From positions 15,165,362-15,206,194 of the forward strand of contig NC_057750.1 in the NCBI RefSeq assembly GCF_004010195.1: DNA of 40,833 bases. The letters are read 5' to 3'. Shown here piece by piece: positions 1 through 12,360 of the stretch. The DNA is from Chiloscyllium plagiosum (Eukaryota). The notes under the pieces are model-generated. The model was not told where the DNA came from and did not search any database. It saw only the letters and a list, made by a program, of their open reading frames with translations. The position numbers were made by a program, and so were the translations under genes. Every line of letters begins with the position of its first letter. Positions within the stretch are counted from its first letter, which is position 1.

Positions 1-1160
1 GCCTGCACACCCCGGCCTGCTCGCCCACAGCCTGCAAACCCCAGCCTGCTCGCTCACAGCCTGCACACCCCAGTCTGCACACCCCGGTCTGCTCACCCAC
101 AGCCTGCACACCCCGGCCTGCTCGCCCCGGCCTGCACGCCCACAACCTGCACAACCCGGCCTGCTAGCCCACAGCCTGCACACCCCGGCCTGCTCGCCCA
201 CAGCCTGCACACCCCGGCCTGCACACCCCGGCCTGCTCACCCCAGCCTGCATGCCCCGATCTGCTCGCCCACAGCCTGCACACACCGGCCTGCTCACCCC
301 AGCCTGCTCGCCCCGGCCTGCTAACCCCGGCCTGCACACCCCGGCCTGCTTTGCCCAGTCTGCACACCCCTGCCTGCACACCCCGGCCTGCACACCCTGG
401 CCTGCACACCCCAGTCTGCACACCCCGGCCTGCACACTCCAGCCTGCACACACCGGCCTGCTCACCCCAGCCGCTCGCCCCGGCCTGCTAACCCCGGCCT
501 GCACACCCCGGCCTGCTTTCCCCAGTCTGCACACCCCGGCCTGCACACTCCAGCCTGCACACCCCGGCCTGCTCACCCACAGCCTGCACACCTCAGCCTT
601 CTTGCCCACAGCCTGCACACCCCGGCCTGCTCTCCCCGGCCTGCACACCCCCGTCTGCTCGCCCGCAGCCTGCACACCACGGCCTGCACACCCTGGCCTG
701 CACACCCTGGTCTGCTCACCCACAGCCTGCACACCCCAGTCTGCTCACCCCTGCCTGAACACCCCGGCCTGAACACCCTGGCCTGCAGGCCCCGGCTTGC
801 ACACCCCTGCCTGCACACCCCGGCCTGCACACCCTGGCCTACACACCCCGGCCTGTTCGGCCACAGCCTGCTCACCCTGGCCTACACACCCTGGCCTGCT
901 CGCCCGGGCCTACACACCCCGGCCTGCTCGCCCACAGCCTGCACACCCCGGCCTGCTCACCCTGGCCTACACACCCCAGCCTGTTCGCCCACAGCATGCA
1001 CACCCCCGGCCTGCACACCCCGGCCTGCTCGCCCACAGCCTGCACACCCCGGCCTGCTCGCCCCAGCCTATACACCCTGGCCTGCACACCCCGGCCTGCA
1101 CACCCCGTTCTGCTCGCCCTAGCCTGTACACCCTGGCCTGTTCCCCAAGCCTGCTCCCCG
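1..1160. repeat. GC-rich minisatellite of interleaved 14-15 bp units (gcctgcacaccccg / gcctgctcgcccaca); runs off the left edge
   Basis: Direct tandem repetition of gcctgc-initiated units; explains all PAC/HTP-rich ORFs at 164-1411. Confidence 0.95.
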
Positions 1161-1579
1161 CTGGCATTTTCCCCCCTTGGCCTGCTACCTCCACAACCCC
1201 CCAATCCCCACCAACCCCACCCCCTTTTCCCTGGCCTGTTCCCCTCCCACCCCCACCCTCCGCTCAGCCTGGTGACTTATTGCTGAGGACATTGTTTCCT
1301 TGCTGTGGTGCGACACATTTTGCCAGCAGCCAGCCCGGCCTCTTGACACCGTTTCCGCACAGTCACTGCCGACAGCCACAGAAACTGTGGCACTTCCTTT
1401 GGGCACGGTGATGAGGGGCAAAGAGCCCGGTGCATGCTGGATAAACGAGAGGTGAGCCTGAAGCTGGTGGAGAGATAGACATTCCCCACCTCCATCTCCT
1501 ACTCGAAATCCTCAACAAACAGGGAGCATCCATCATTTCCCATCCATATACTCATATGTACTAGCTTGGAGCTGATGTA

Positions 1580-1861
1580 GGCACGGTGGCTCAGTGGTTA
1601 GCACTGCTGCCTCACACTGCTAGGGACCCGGGTTCGATTCCAGCCTCAGGTGATTGTCTGTGTGGGTTTCCTTTGACTTCCTCCCATAGTCCAAAGATGT
1701 GCAGGTCAGGTGAATTGGCCGTGCAATGTTACCCATAGTATCCAGGGTTGTGCAGATTGGGTGAATTAGCCACGGCAATACAGGGATGGGGTGGGTTGTG
1801 CTTTGGAGGATTGGTGTGGACTCAATGGGCTGAACCGCCTACTTCCACACTGTAGGGATTT
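1580..1861 (+). mobile_element. HE1-type tRNA-derived SINE with an internal deletion
   Basis: A box tggctcagtgg, B box ggttcgattcc, body cagtccaaagatgtgcagg, CR1-like tail cacactgtagggatt. Confidence 0.9.
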
Positions 1862-1964
1862 AATACATGGGACTGGGCCTTCAATTTAACAGAGAAACCA
1901 CACGCTTTTGACATCACTGATGGTAATAACAAGTCCCACCACATCACTATGGTAACAGGAGCAA

Positions 1965-2095
1965 TGGGGATAGATTTTTAATCAATAAGGGAATTGAGGG
2001 CTGTGGGGAAAAGGCAGGAAAGCAGTGCTGAAGATGATCAGCTCAGCTGTGATCTCATCGGATGGCAGAGCAGATTCAATGGGCTGAATGGGCTT
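1965..2095 (+). mobile_element. Old CR1 LINE 3' end fragment
   Basis: gatagatttttaatcaataagggaatt...ggcagagcag...gggctgaatgg matches the 3' ends at 7980-8110 and 28620-28685. Confidence 0.7.
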
Positions 2096-2204
2096 GCAGT
2101 CCCATACAACATACTGAGGTGAAGGCAGGCCATGGTAACGGGCCTGTATCATGATAAAAGGCCTCACTGACAGCACCCAGGCCTAGAAACAGCGTTGCTG
2201 TTCA

Positions 2205-2335
2205 ATTGCATTTGCATAGCACTTTCTATCACCACCTGACCTCCCCCCTCAAAGTGCTTATCACGGCCAATGAGAGACTTGTCAAAAGGTGTTGTGGTGG
2301 AGTAGCCAATTTGCACCCAGCCAGCTCCCAACCAC
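2205..2335 (-). mobile_element. Degraded Deu-domain SINE (SacSINE1/AmnSINE1-like) 3' part
   Basis: Reverse complement ends gaaagtgctatgcaaatgcaa, like the tail at 24948-24972; gccaatttgcac..cagc..ctccca resembles the Deu domain. Confidence 0.5.
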
Positions 2336-3611
2336 TCGGAGGAGCTGCAAATCTGGGAGCCGTGGCAACCTCACAGTCAGTCAGGGCCCCAGGGGCTGCT
2401 TTGGAGATCAAGCATCGATTGCCACAACAACAGCACAAGGTGAAGCTATTCCCACCCAGTCAGACTGTAACCTGCACTCCCTTCTGACAAACAGGCAAGA
2501 GCTCACTGCTGGGCTGTACAAATCCTGGAGCTTGAATCGATCCCAGTTCATGGGCATCCAGGGAAAGCCCCTTGTGCCTGAATTTAAAATCCCCCTGTTT
2601 TATATTACGCAAGAGGAATCCAGTCCCACATAAAGTAAACAATCCAAGCTGCTCCTGACCCAAGGACTTGGCTCCAGACCCATTCCATGACGTGTACCCT
2701 GGCGTTTTGCTGTGCCAAGCTATTCACGCACACGACTCGGAGTTTGGAAAATGCTGACTACAGACTTCAACTTCCATCCTCCCCCATGACAGTGCGAGTG
2801 TGAACCTGCCTGAGGATTGAGAATCCTGCGTCATTACTCTCTCCTCGGTCAGCGCTGTCAAAGTGGGAAACGGTCTGCAAGTTAACACCGAGGAGTCAAG
2901 AACAAATCCACAGTCAATGGAAAGGAAATCAAATGGACATCTTAAAGCACAACAGTATGGACCGATGTTCTTTGAACATGGTTTCTCATGAGTTCTCCAA
3001 CATTAGAGGCAATGGGAGGGAGACTATTTGACTAGATGGGTTTGAGATCCATATCAAATGTCCAATCAATGTCAATGACCCAACTCTGGCCTGTGTTTGC
3101 AGGCTGTTGGATCAGTCCCCATGAGTGACCCTTCAATATTGACCAAACTAAACATGTATAGGAACAGGAGGAGGTCATTCAGCCCTTATTTTATTACTCA
3201 GTTCGATTGACTACTCTGCATCTTCACTCAGCTCCCCTTGGTACCCAATCTGGAATTTCCCCATCCAACATATTCAATTGACCCCACCAATCAAGGTCAG
3301 CTTTATGGTTTAAGCTCATGGGGTCAGAGTTCAGTGCGGGGTTAAAGGCTAGGTTTAGGGTCAAGTCTGGATTTAGGATCTGAGCTGGGTTTGGGGGTCA
3401 AAGCTATATATAGGGTCAAGGGTATGGCCTGTTGTTAGAAGCTATAACTATTTTGACGTATGGTGAACGGAGTGAGCTTACTTTCTCATTGGACAAATCT
3501 GCATGACAGCCATTTTGCTACAGCGCAGAATGCTTAATACCGAGGTGATAGGAACAATTTAGCCAAATCAATCCATGGCCCAAGCAAATCTGTAAGTGTT
3601 TATTCAGAACA

Positions 3612-4557
3612 ATGTAGAGGAGGCTTTACTCTGCATCCAAACCTGTGCTGTCCCTCTGCTGGGAGTGTTTGATGGGGACTACGTAGAGAAAGCTTTACTC
3701 TGTATCTAACCCAGTGAAGTCCCTGACCTGGTGGTGTTTGATGGGAAAATTACAGAGGGAGCTTTACTCTGTATCTAACTTAGTGCTGTCCCTGTCCTGG
3801 AGTTTTAGAGAAGGGACAGAGTAGAGAGAGTTTTACTCTGTATGTAACTCCATTCTATCCCAGTCCTGGGAACTTTTGATGGTCAGTGTAGAGAGAGCTT
3901 TACTCTGTATCTAACCCCGTGCTGTCCCTGTCCCGGAAATGTTTGATGGGGACAGTGTAAAGGGAGCTTTACTCTGTATCTAACCTTGTGCTGTCCCTGT
4001 CCTGGGAGTGTCAATGGGGACAGTGTAGAGGAAGCTTTACTCTGTATCTAACCCTGTGCTGCCCCTGTCCTGGGAGTGTCAATGGGGATAGTGTAGAGGG
4101 AGCTTTACTCTGTATCTAACCCTGTGCTGTCCCTGTCCTGGGAGTGTCAATGGGGACAGTGTAAAGGGAGCTTTACTCTGTATCTAACCTTGTGCTGTCC
4201 CTGTCCTGGGAGTGTCAATGGGGACAGTGTAGAGGGAGCTTTACTCTGTACCTAACCCTGTGCTGCCCCTGACCTGGGAGTGTCAATGGGGATAGTGTAG
4301 AGGGAGCTTTACTCTGCACCTAACCCTGTGCTGTCCCTGTCCTGGGAGTGTCAATGGGGACAGTGTAGAGGGAGCTTTACTCTGTATCTAACCCTGTGCT
4401 GCCCCTGTCCTGGGAGTGTTAATGGGGATAGTGTAGAGGGAGCTTTACTCTGCACCTAACCCTGTGCTGCCCCTGTCCTGGGAGTGTTAATGGGGATAGT
4501 GTAGAGAGAGCTTTACTCTGCACCTAACCCTGTGCTGTCCCTGTCCTGGGAGTGTAT
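3612..4557. repeat. 68-69 bp minisatellite, 14 copies (gtgtagagggagctttactctgtatctaaccctgtgctgtccctgtcctgggagtgtcaatggggaca)
   Basis: Unit starts at 3955, 4023, 4091, 4159, 4227, 4295, 4363, 4431 and 4499 (period 68), with five more diverged copies to the left. Confidence 0.97.
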
Positions 4558-5334
4558 GACTGGGAATATAGTATCAGCCTGTGGTTATTTTGAGCAGTCC
4601 AGGTGTTACAGTGGAATGATCCTGCAATTTGGCGGATATCTGGATGACTGTGTTGGCTCATCAGTCTGTTCCTTTGCAGTACCCTGGAGGAACTGGAATT
4701 TCCCAGTGCCAACGCTGGGCTGTGGGAATCAGGGACATAATGTGCGGGACTCCCCAGATCCTGCGCTGGTGAGGAATCTGGAGCCAATGTTCCTGACCTG
4801 TTTGCAGAGGGCTGACCTGTTGCCAAACTTTGGCTGTTTCTCTGGAAACTGTTCCCTTTTAAAGAAATGTTCTTTCAAACAGGAAATTCTCCGCGCTGTG
4901 GGGGTGGAGAAGTTGGCAAGGTTTAGCAGCAGACTAATTCCAAAGCCTTCCTTAACAAGAAACAACTCAGCCTGTTTCTCGCCTGGGACTGTGTTCAGAT
5001 GAAGCAATCAGCTTCAGCCTCAGCCCCATCAGTCACGGTTCCTGACCCTGCCCCTGCCTGGAGCTTGCTTTCCTGGAGCCTGGAGTGAGAGGGAGGACCC
5101 TATCCTCTCTCTCTCTTTCTCTCTCTCTCGCACAGAATGAATCTCTTTAACCCATCGTGCCTCTACCAGCGCTTTGAAAGAATGTTTGGTCCCCATTCTC
5201 CCACATTTTCTCCATGACCTTTCAAACATTTTCTACATTTACCTGAATCGCTTCATACAGGCACATGCATGCAACCCTGAGTGCACACAGCCCTGCGCAC
5301 ACTTATAGTGAATACATTCTGCTGCAGGCCTCTT

Positions 5335-6600
5335 GCACGCACACATACACAAACACATATACACACAGACACAGACACACACACACACACAAACACATAT
5401 ACACATACACACAAACACACACAGATACACAGACACACACAAACACATATACACACACACACATACACAACCACATATACACNNNNNNNNNNNNNNNNNN
5501 NNNNNNNNNNNNNNNNNNNNNNNNNNNNNNNNNNNNNNNNNNNNNNNNNNNNNNNNNNNNNNNNNNNNNNNNNNNNNNNNNNNNNNNNNNNNNNNNNNNN
5601 NNNNNNNNNNNNNNNNNNNNNNNNNNNNNNNNNNNNNNNNNNNNNNNNNNNNNNNNNNNNNNNNNNNNNNNNNNNNNNNNNNNNNNNNNNNNNNNNNNNN
5701 NNNNNNNNNNNNNNNNNNNNNNNNNNNNNNNNNNNNNNNNNNNNNNNNNNNNNNNNNNNNNNNNNNNNNNNNNNNNNNNNNNNNNNNNNNNNNNNNNNNN
5801 NNNNNNNNNNNNNNNNNNNNNNNNNNNNNNNNNNNNNNNNNNNNNNNNNNNNNNNNNNNNNNNNNNNNNNNNNNNNNNNNNNNNNNNNNNNNNNNNNNNN
5901 NNNNNNNNNNNNNNNNNNNNNNNNNNNNNNNNNNNNNNNNNNNNNNNNNNNNNNNNNNNNNNNNNNNNNNNNNNNNNNNNNNNNNNNNNNNNNNNNNNNN
6001 NNNNNNNNNNNNNNNNNNNNNNNNNNNNNNNNNNNNNNNNNNNNNNNNNNNNNNNNNNNNNNNNNNNNNNNNNNNNNNNNNNNNNNNNNNNNNNNNNNNN
6101 NNNNNNNNNNNNNNNNNNNNNNNNNNNNNNNNNNNNNNNNNNNNNNNNNNNNNNNNNNNNNNNNNNNNNNNNNNNNNNNNNNNNNNNNNNNNNNNNNNNN
6201 NNNNNNNNNNNNNNNNNNNNNNNNNNNNNNNNNNNNNNNNNNNNNNNNNNNNNNNNNNNNNNNNNNNNNNNNNNNNNNNNNNNNNNNNNNNNNNNNNNNN
6301 NNNNNNNNNNNNNNNNNNNNNNNNNNNNNNNNNNNNNNNNNNTTCACACACTCACACATCTACACATATACATCCACCCACACCCACCCCACCCACACAC
6401 ACAGAGGCACAGACACACCCATACACACATACACACACACTCCCCACACACAGACACAGACGCACCCACCCACATCCAGACACACACACACATTATCTCC
6501 GTGCACACCTCCTGTACACAAACACAACATTCACACACAGCGTGTGCATACCAACGCTGGCCTGAACACAAACGTTGTGTTCACACAGCCCTGCACACGC
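5335..6600. repeat. (CA)n-rich microsatellite interrupted by an assembly gap (N 5483-6342)
   Basis: Direct inspection. Confidence 0.9.
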
Positions 6601-6659
6601 ACCTCCTGACCACCCGCAGCCTGATTCAAAAAGTGAAGGACATATAAACCAGATCATGA

Positions 6660-8115
6660 TAGGGCAGTCCGCATTTGCTCTTGAGAAAATACACTGTTAT
6701 AAAGCATGTGATAGCAGAGCATTTAGAAATCCATAGCATGATCAAACAGAGGAGAAAGTGAGGATTGAAGATGCTGGAGATCAGAGTCGAGAGTGTGTTG
6801 CTGGAGAAGCACAGGAAATTCCTGATGAAGGGCTTATGCCCGAAACGTCAATTCTCCTGCTCCTCAGAAGCTGCCTGACCTGCTGTGCTTTTCCAGAACC
6901 ACACTCTTCACCATGATCAAACAGAGTCAGTGGGCCTCAGCAAGGGGAAATCATGTCTGAAAGAGTCTTTGAAGAGGTAACAAGCAGGATAGATAAAGGG
7001 GAAGCACTAGATGCAATATATTTGATTTTCCAAAAGCCATTGGATAAGGTTCCATACACATTAGGCCACTTCAAAAGATCAGGGCTCGCAAGTAGCAGAT
7101 TAGCAAGGATTGGCTAACTATTAGAAAACAGAGAGTTGGGATAAGGGGGATGGGGATGCCTTTTCAGCTGGTAATCTGTAACTAATGGAGTGCCACAGGG
7201 AGGAGTGTTGGGCCCACAACTTTTCACACTGTATATTAATGACATGGATGGGGAAAATGAATATACTATAGCCATGTTTGTGGATGACACAAAAATAGAC
7301 GGGAAAGCAAATGCTGCGGAGGACAGTGGGAAAAGAGTCTGCAGAGGGAAATGGATAAGGAAGTGGGTAAAAACTGGGCAGATGGAATATAATGTCGGAA
7401 AATGTGAGATGCTGCATTTTGACAAGAAGAATAGAGGAGTTGAATATTAGTTAAATGCAGAAAGACTGTGGAAAGCTGAGCACAGAGGAAGTTGGGAATC
7501 CTCATGCTTTAATCACAAGAAAGCTAGCATCCTAATTCAGCAGGTTGTAAGGAAGGCAAACGGAATGATGGCCTTGATTTCGAAGAGAACGGAATGGAAA
7601 AGTTGGGATGCTTTGCTAAAACAGCTGGCGTAGCCGGAACAGTTTTGGGCACCTTATCTCGGCGAAGGTAAATCACATTGGAGGGGTTTCTGAAAGGTTG
7701 ATCCCAGGTATGAGGAGGGGTTAAGTAGATTGAGCCTGTACTAATCGGAGTTTAGAACAATGAGAGACAAGCGTATGCAAGAATCTTAGGGGGACATAAC
7801 AGGGGAAATGTGGAGACGTTGTCTCCCCTTGTGGGAGAATCTAGGACCAGATGAGCATCATCTCAGAATAAGGAGAAACCCAGTTAGAACTGGCATTTCT
7901 CCTCTCTCTGTTGTATCTGTGGAATTCTTTACCCCCGAGGGCTATCAGGATTGGATTGTTAAGTACATTCAAAGCTGAGACAGATTTTTAATCAGTAAGG
8001 AAATTAAGGGTTTTTGGATGAAAATCAGGAAAGTGGAGTTGAAGATGATCAGATTAGCCATGACCTAATTGAACAGCACAGCAGACTTAATGGGCGGAAT
8101 GGCCTCCTTTTACTC
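6660..8115 (+). mobile_element. Decayed 5'-truncated CR1 LINE (RT to 3' UTR), interrupted at 6752-6911
   Basis: Translations YFDFPKA.DKV, GVPQGGVLGPQLFTLYINDMD, FVDDTKI, MEYNVGKCEMLHF; stops and frameshifts; CR1 3' UTR at 8050-8115. Confidence 0.92.
6752..6911 (+). mobile_element. Penelope-like-element-derived fold-back repeat with hammerhead core (family A); 15-bp TSD
   Basis: catgatcaaacagag at 6737-6751 and 6912-6926; inverted arms 6789-6814 / 6883-6907; ctgatga-a-gggc-ttat-gccc-gaaa-cg-tc at 6822-6849. Confidence 0.8.
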
Positions 8116-8129
8116 CATGATATCTTATA

Positions 8130-8495
8130 CTGTTATAGTCACCCCTATACACACATTGTACACTCATACTGTGTACTCACCACCCTGTACACAAACACAC
8201 ACTACATACTCACACTGTGCAGTTCTGCAGACTCTCCTACATATTGATGCGCAGACACTCTGTATACACAAGTGCACACACACACACACCCTTGTACACA
8301 CATGCACAAGCAAACAAGTATATGTAATCCTGCACACACATGCATTTCTTACACACATAGCGTACGTACGCACACACACACACACTCTCACACACACAAA
8401 ACTGTCATACACGCACTCACCCTCAGGCATTTACTCACACACGCAAATACGTTCACACTCTCACATACACACACTCACTCATTCACACATGCATA
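8130..8495. repeat. Degenerate CA-rich low-complexity tract
   Basis: Direct inspection. Confidence 0.8.
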
Positions 8496-8708
8496 CAGGT
8501 CATTCTGCTATAACACGTGCTTTGTTAATTCGCTGTAATGTGATTGATGAATTTGGGACACTGTTTCTATAGCATGAACTTTTAAATCGTGTATTGGTTA
8601 TAACATGATTCCGGCCCCATTAGTTTAAATGATGCTGCAGTTAGGCAATTTTCGTATAGCACAGGGTTGCACAAGAACGGAACTACTACATCGTAGCAGA
8701 ACCAGTTG
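8496..8708. mobile_element. Tc1/mariner-pogo (Tigger-like) MITE
   Basis: ta|caggtcattctgctataac at the left end and tagcagaaccagttg at the right form imperfect TIRs; homologous copy in opposite orientation at 34960. Confidence 0.65.
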
Positions 8709-8719
8709 TGCTGGAATAA

Positions 8720-8774
8720 ACACTGACACACACACACACACACACACACTCACACACACACACACACATACACA

Positions 8775-8813
<39 letters not shown>

Positions 8814-9770
8814 ACACACTCACATTCACACACTCACACACACACACTCACACACACATACACTCTCACACACACACACCTTCAACAGGAANNNNNNNNN
8901 NNNNNNNNNNNNNNNNNNNNNNNNNNNNNNNNNNNNNNNNNNNNNNNNNNNNNNNNNNNNNNNNNNNNNNNNNNNNNNNNNNNNNNNNNNNNNNNNNNNN
9001 NNNNNNNNNNNNNNNNNNNNNNNNNNNNNNNNNNNNNNNNNNNNNNNNNNNNNNNNNNNNNNNNNNNNNNNNNNNNNNNNNNNNNNNNNNNNNNNNNNNN
9101 NNNNNNNNNNNNNNNNNNNNNNNNNNNNNNNNNNNNNNNNNNNNNNNNNNNNNNNNNNNNNNNNNNNNNNNNNNNNNNNNNNNNNNNNNNNNNNNNNNNN
9201 NNNNNNNNNNNNNNNNNNNNNNNNNNNNNNNNNNNNNNNNNNNNNNNNNNNNNNNNNNNNNNNNNNNNNNNNNNNNNNNNNNNNNNNNNNNNNNNNNNNN
9301 NNNNNNNNNNNNNNNNNNNNNNNNNNNNNNNNNNNNNNNNNNNNNNNNNNNNNNNNNNNNNNNNNNNNNNNNNNNNNNNNNNNNNNNNNNNNNNNNNNNN
9401 NNNNNNNNNNNNNNNNNNNNNNNNNNNNNNNNNNNNNNNNNNNNNNNNNNNNNNNNNNNNNNNNNNNNNNNNNNNNNNNNNNNNNNNNNNNNNNNNNNNN
9501 NNNNNNNNNNNNNNNNNNNNNNNNNNNNNCACACATACACACACTATGACATACACACACACAGAAATGCACACTCACACTGACACACACACTGGCATAT
9601 ATACACACACACACACACACACACTGACATACACCTTCTCTCACACATGCACACACTCATTCTTTGACATACACACACACTGACATACACTTTCTCTCAC
9701 ACACACGCACAGACACACACACACATACACACACACGCACACAATCACGCCATCATACATGACGCACTCA
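8720..9770. repeat. (CA)n microsatellite with an assembly gap (N 8892-9529)
   Basis: Direct inspection. Confidence 0.9.
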
Positions 9771-10677
9771 GGCCAATTCCTAAGTTCTGGTCTGGAGCCT
9801 AGTTAGTTCACACAGACCAGACCCAAAAGAGTGAGACCTTTGCTCAGAGCTGAGCAACACAGTGGGGGGGGGAGGGGGGGCTGAGCCCCAATCTATGGTA
9901 TGGGCCAGCGCTGGGACTGGGAGATTTGGGGTGGGGTGTTGGGACTGTTCCCAATGGGAAGCTATCACCCAAAGGTCAGTCGATCTCGGAAAGAGACTAT
10001 TCGCGTCTGTGCCAGCTCTTTCGATGGGAATGGGCTTCGGGGAACCCACGGCACCGTTGTTACCATCAAACCAAACATTCCAGACGCCATCTCAGTCTGC
10101 ACTCAGTGATGGTGAACGTTTCTCCCTGGATCACTTCTGGTTTCTCAAATCAGGAACTCAGTGATGTGGCAAAAAAACCCAACAGCAACAGCAGCAGGAG
10201 GTGGTGATCAGGACCTTGTGAGTGTCACTCTGTTTCGTCAGGGATTAAGAAAGCTGACTTTTCGATGGAGTTACTTTGGAAAGGCTTCCCCAAGAAGCAG
10301 GTTCAAACTGGTTCCTGCTGGTGGTGGAGGGTAATGATGGGGGTGGGGTGGCTGTCTATCCTGGTGGGTGAGCTTGGCACCCTCAGATTCCAGGTGGTAC
10401 CCTTGGATCAAGGGTCCCTCAGCCTCACACGTACTGGCACCAGCCCCTTTCTGCTGCCGGGAGAGATTCCCTAGGAAGACTGACCGGGATCAGGAGACGG
10501 ATTCAGGGACTCGCAACATGGAAGGGGTGGGAGATGGTGAGAGCGGGCACGAGTTGGGGACAATGCCCAAGGGCTTGGCATTCCAGAGGGAGGGGTTGGC
10601 ATTGGGTGGTCACTTACAAATGGAAACAGTGTTGTGGGTGTGGGTTTTTGGGGGAGAGTCAGGAAGCTGCCTCCAAG

Positions 10678-11013
10678 TCATAGAATAGAATCCTTACAGC
10701 ATGGAAACAGGTCCTTCAACCCAACAAGTCCACACCGACCCTCCGAAGAGTTACCCAGCCAGACCCATTCCCTTATCTTATATTTACCCCTGACTGATAC
10801 ACCGAACCTACTCATCCCTGAACACTATGGGGCAATTTAGCACGAACAGTTCACCTAAACTGCCCATCTTTGGATTGCAGGAGGAAACTGGAGCAAACCC
10901 ACGCAGACACGGGGAGAATGTGCAAACTCCACACAGACAGTCACCCAAGGCTGGAATCGAACCTGGGTCCCTGGCGCAGTGAGGCAGCAGTGCTAACCAC
11001 TTAGCCACCGTGC
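10678..11013 (-). mobile_element. HE1-type SINE, near full length
   Basis: Reverse complement begins gcacggtggctaagtggttagcactgctgcctcac; B box ggttcgattcc; tail ttctattctatgac. Confidence 0.93.
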
Positions 11014-11337
11014 TCTGTAACAGTTCTGTGATTTAGAAAGCAGGACGAGTGGACTGTGACAGTCCAGGGAACCCCCACCCGGTCTGTAAAACAAAATCCC
11101 TCAGGAAGGGGACTGTTGGATACTTGCATTGAGTGTGTGGCGGGGGCAGAGAAGGGGGCACTGACTGCCAAGGGGTACCACGCTTCACCCATGTGTGCCC
11201 CCTGTAAAATAGATGGTGCCAACACTTTGATTTACACAAACCAACATGCTATCACTTAAGAGAAAGTGAGAATGCTTTGACACTTAAGGTCTTCGGCGTA
11301 GTTTCATGTTGACCTTCATAACGAGAGCATTCAAGTA

Positions 11338-11925
11338 AAGGTGCAGGGAGACCTCTCCTGGAATACTATGTGCCCGTTTTGCTCTCCTTATCTGAGGAAG
11401 GATGTTCTGACGATGGAGTGTAACAAAGGTTTACTAGAGTGACCATGAGATAGCAGGACTGACGTGTGAGGAGCTACTCGGTCAGTTTGGATTCTATTCT
11501 CCACAGTTTAGAAGCATGAAGGTGGGGTGGGGGGGGGGTGAGGGGAGGGGTGGTGAGGGGATCTCATAGAAACCTATAAAACTCTAACCCGACTAGGTCA
11601 GGGTAAACTCAGGAAAGATGCTCCCAATGACCAGGGAGACAAGTACTAGGGAGTCACAAGGATACGTTTAGGACTGAGATGAGGAGAAGTGTCTTCACCC
11701 AGAGAGTGGAATTCTCTGGCACAGAAAGCGGTTGAGGCCAGAACATTGAATGTTTTCAGGAAGGAAGTAGATATAGTTCTTAGGGTTAAAGGGGTCAAAG
11801 GGCATGGGGAGAGACAGGGTGTGAACAACAGAGTCCTGTAATGGATAATTGGTCATGGTCATATTGAATAGCAGGGAGCCTCCAAGGGCTGAATGGCCTA
11901 CTCTGACTTCTACTTTCTATGTTTC
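11338..11925 (+). mobile_element. Decayed CR1 LINE 3' fragment with an internal G-rich tract
   Basis: LEYYVPV..SPYLRKDV-like start, GDLIETYK, 3' UTR gggctgaatggcctactc and ttctatgtttct tail. Confidence 0.85.
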
Positions 11926-12224
11926 TCTGTGTTTGGTTAAGGTAAATGAATTTCTGGAATTGCTCAGGCAACTGAAACCTGTTTCCCGAGTTTTACAACA
12001 ATCACAGATTGTCTTGAACCTGTCGGTTCTGTTTCTGTATGAAGGGGCATTTTCGCTGAGTAATATTCCTTCCTACAATCAACACACCCTTTAATTAGCT
12101 AATTCCAGTTTTGTATTCAATCAAAGCTAGACTGGAACAGCTCGTATTAATTAGGCATAAGGGAGAGATTATGACATTCGGTCTCCATTGTCCGGGGCAG
12201 CTTGCCAGCCCAGTGAAACAACAT

Positions 12225-12360
12225 TGTTGCTAGACTCTGTTCTGGCAAACATTCATACCCGACTCAACATGCTAACTCTTATTTCTCTCTCTTTCTTTCT
12301 CTCTCTCTCTCCCTCCATGGATGCTGCCAGACCTGCTGAGTTTCTCCAGCAATTTCTATT
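12225..12360 (+). mobile_element. Degraded Penelope-derived repeat fragment
   Basis: gatgctgccagacctgctgagtttctccagca parallels 6868-6897; ribozyme core no longer recognisable. Confidence 0.5.

Noticed and set aside
164..1411. Pro/Ala/Cys-rich ORFs
   Set aside because: Translations of the 14-15 bp minisatellite on both strands
1327..1451. Plus-strand exon-like segment with donor GAG|gtgagc and a gtgatga-ggggc..gccc motif
   Set aside because: No homology recognised; the hammerhead-like motif lacks C3 and GAAA
1580..1650. tRNA gene (also the heads of the other HE1 copies)
   Set aside because: A and B boxes continue into a SINE body and LINE-like tail; these are SINE heads
3320..3425. Interstitial telomere-like gggtt/ttaggg motifs
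   Set aside because: Too degenerate; no tandem TTAGGG run
3612..4557. CRISPR-like regular array
   Set aside because: Whole units repeat with no unique spacers; eukaryotic context and no cas genes
4532..5085. 156-aa plus ORF, 92-aa minus ORF and exon-like segments (plus 4680-4768; minus acceptor near 5081)
   Set aside because: No recognisable protein family; candidates conflict in strand and have no phase-compatible partner I can support
9780..10670. Unique GC-rich stretch with several short ORFs and a hydrophobic LLLLLLGFF peptide on minus
   Set aside because: In-frame stop just upstream, no consistent splice sites, no recognisable domain
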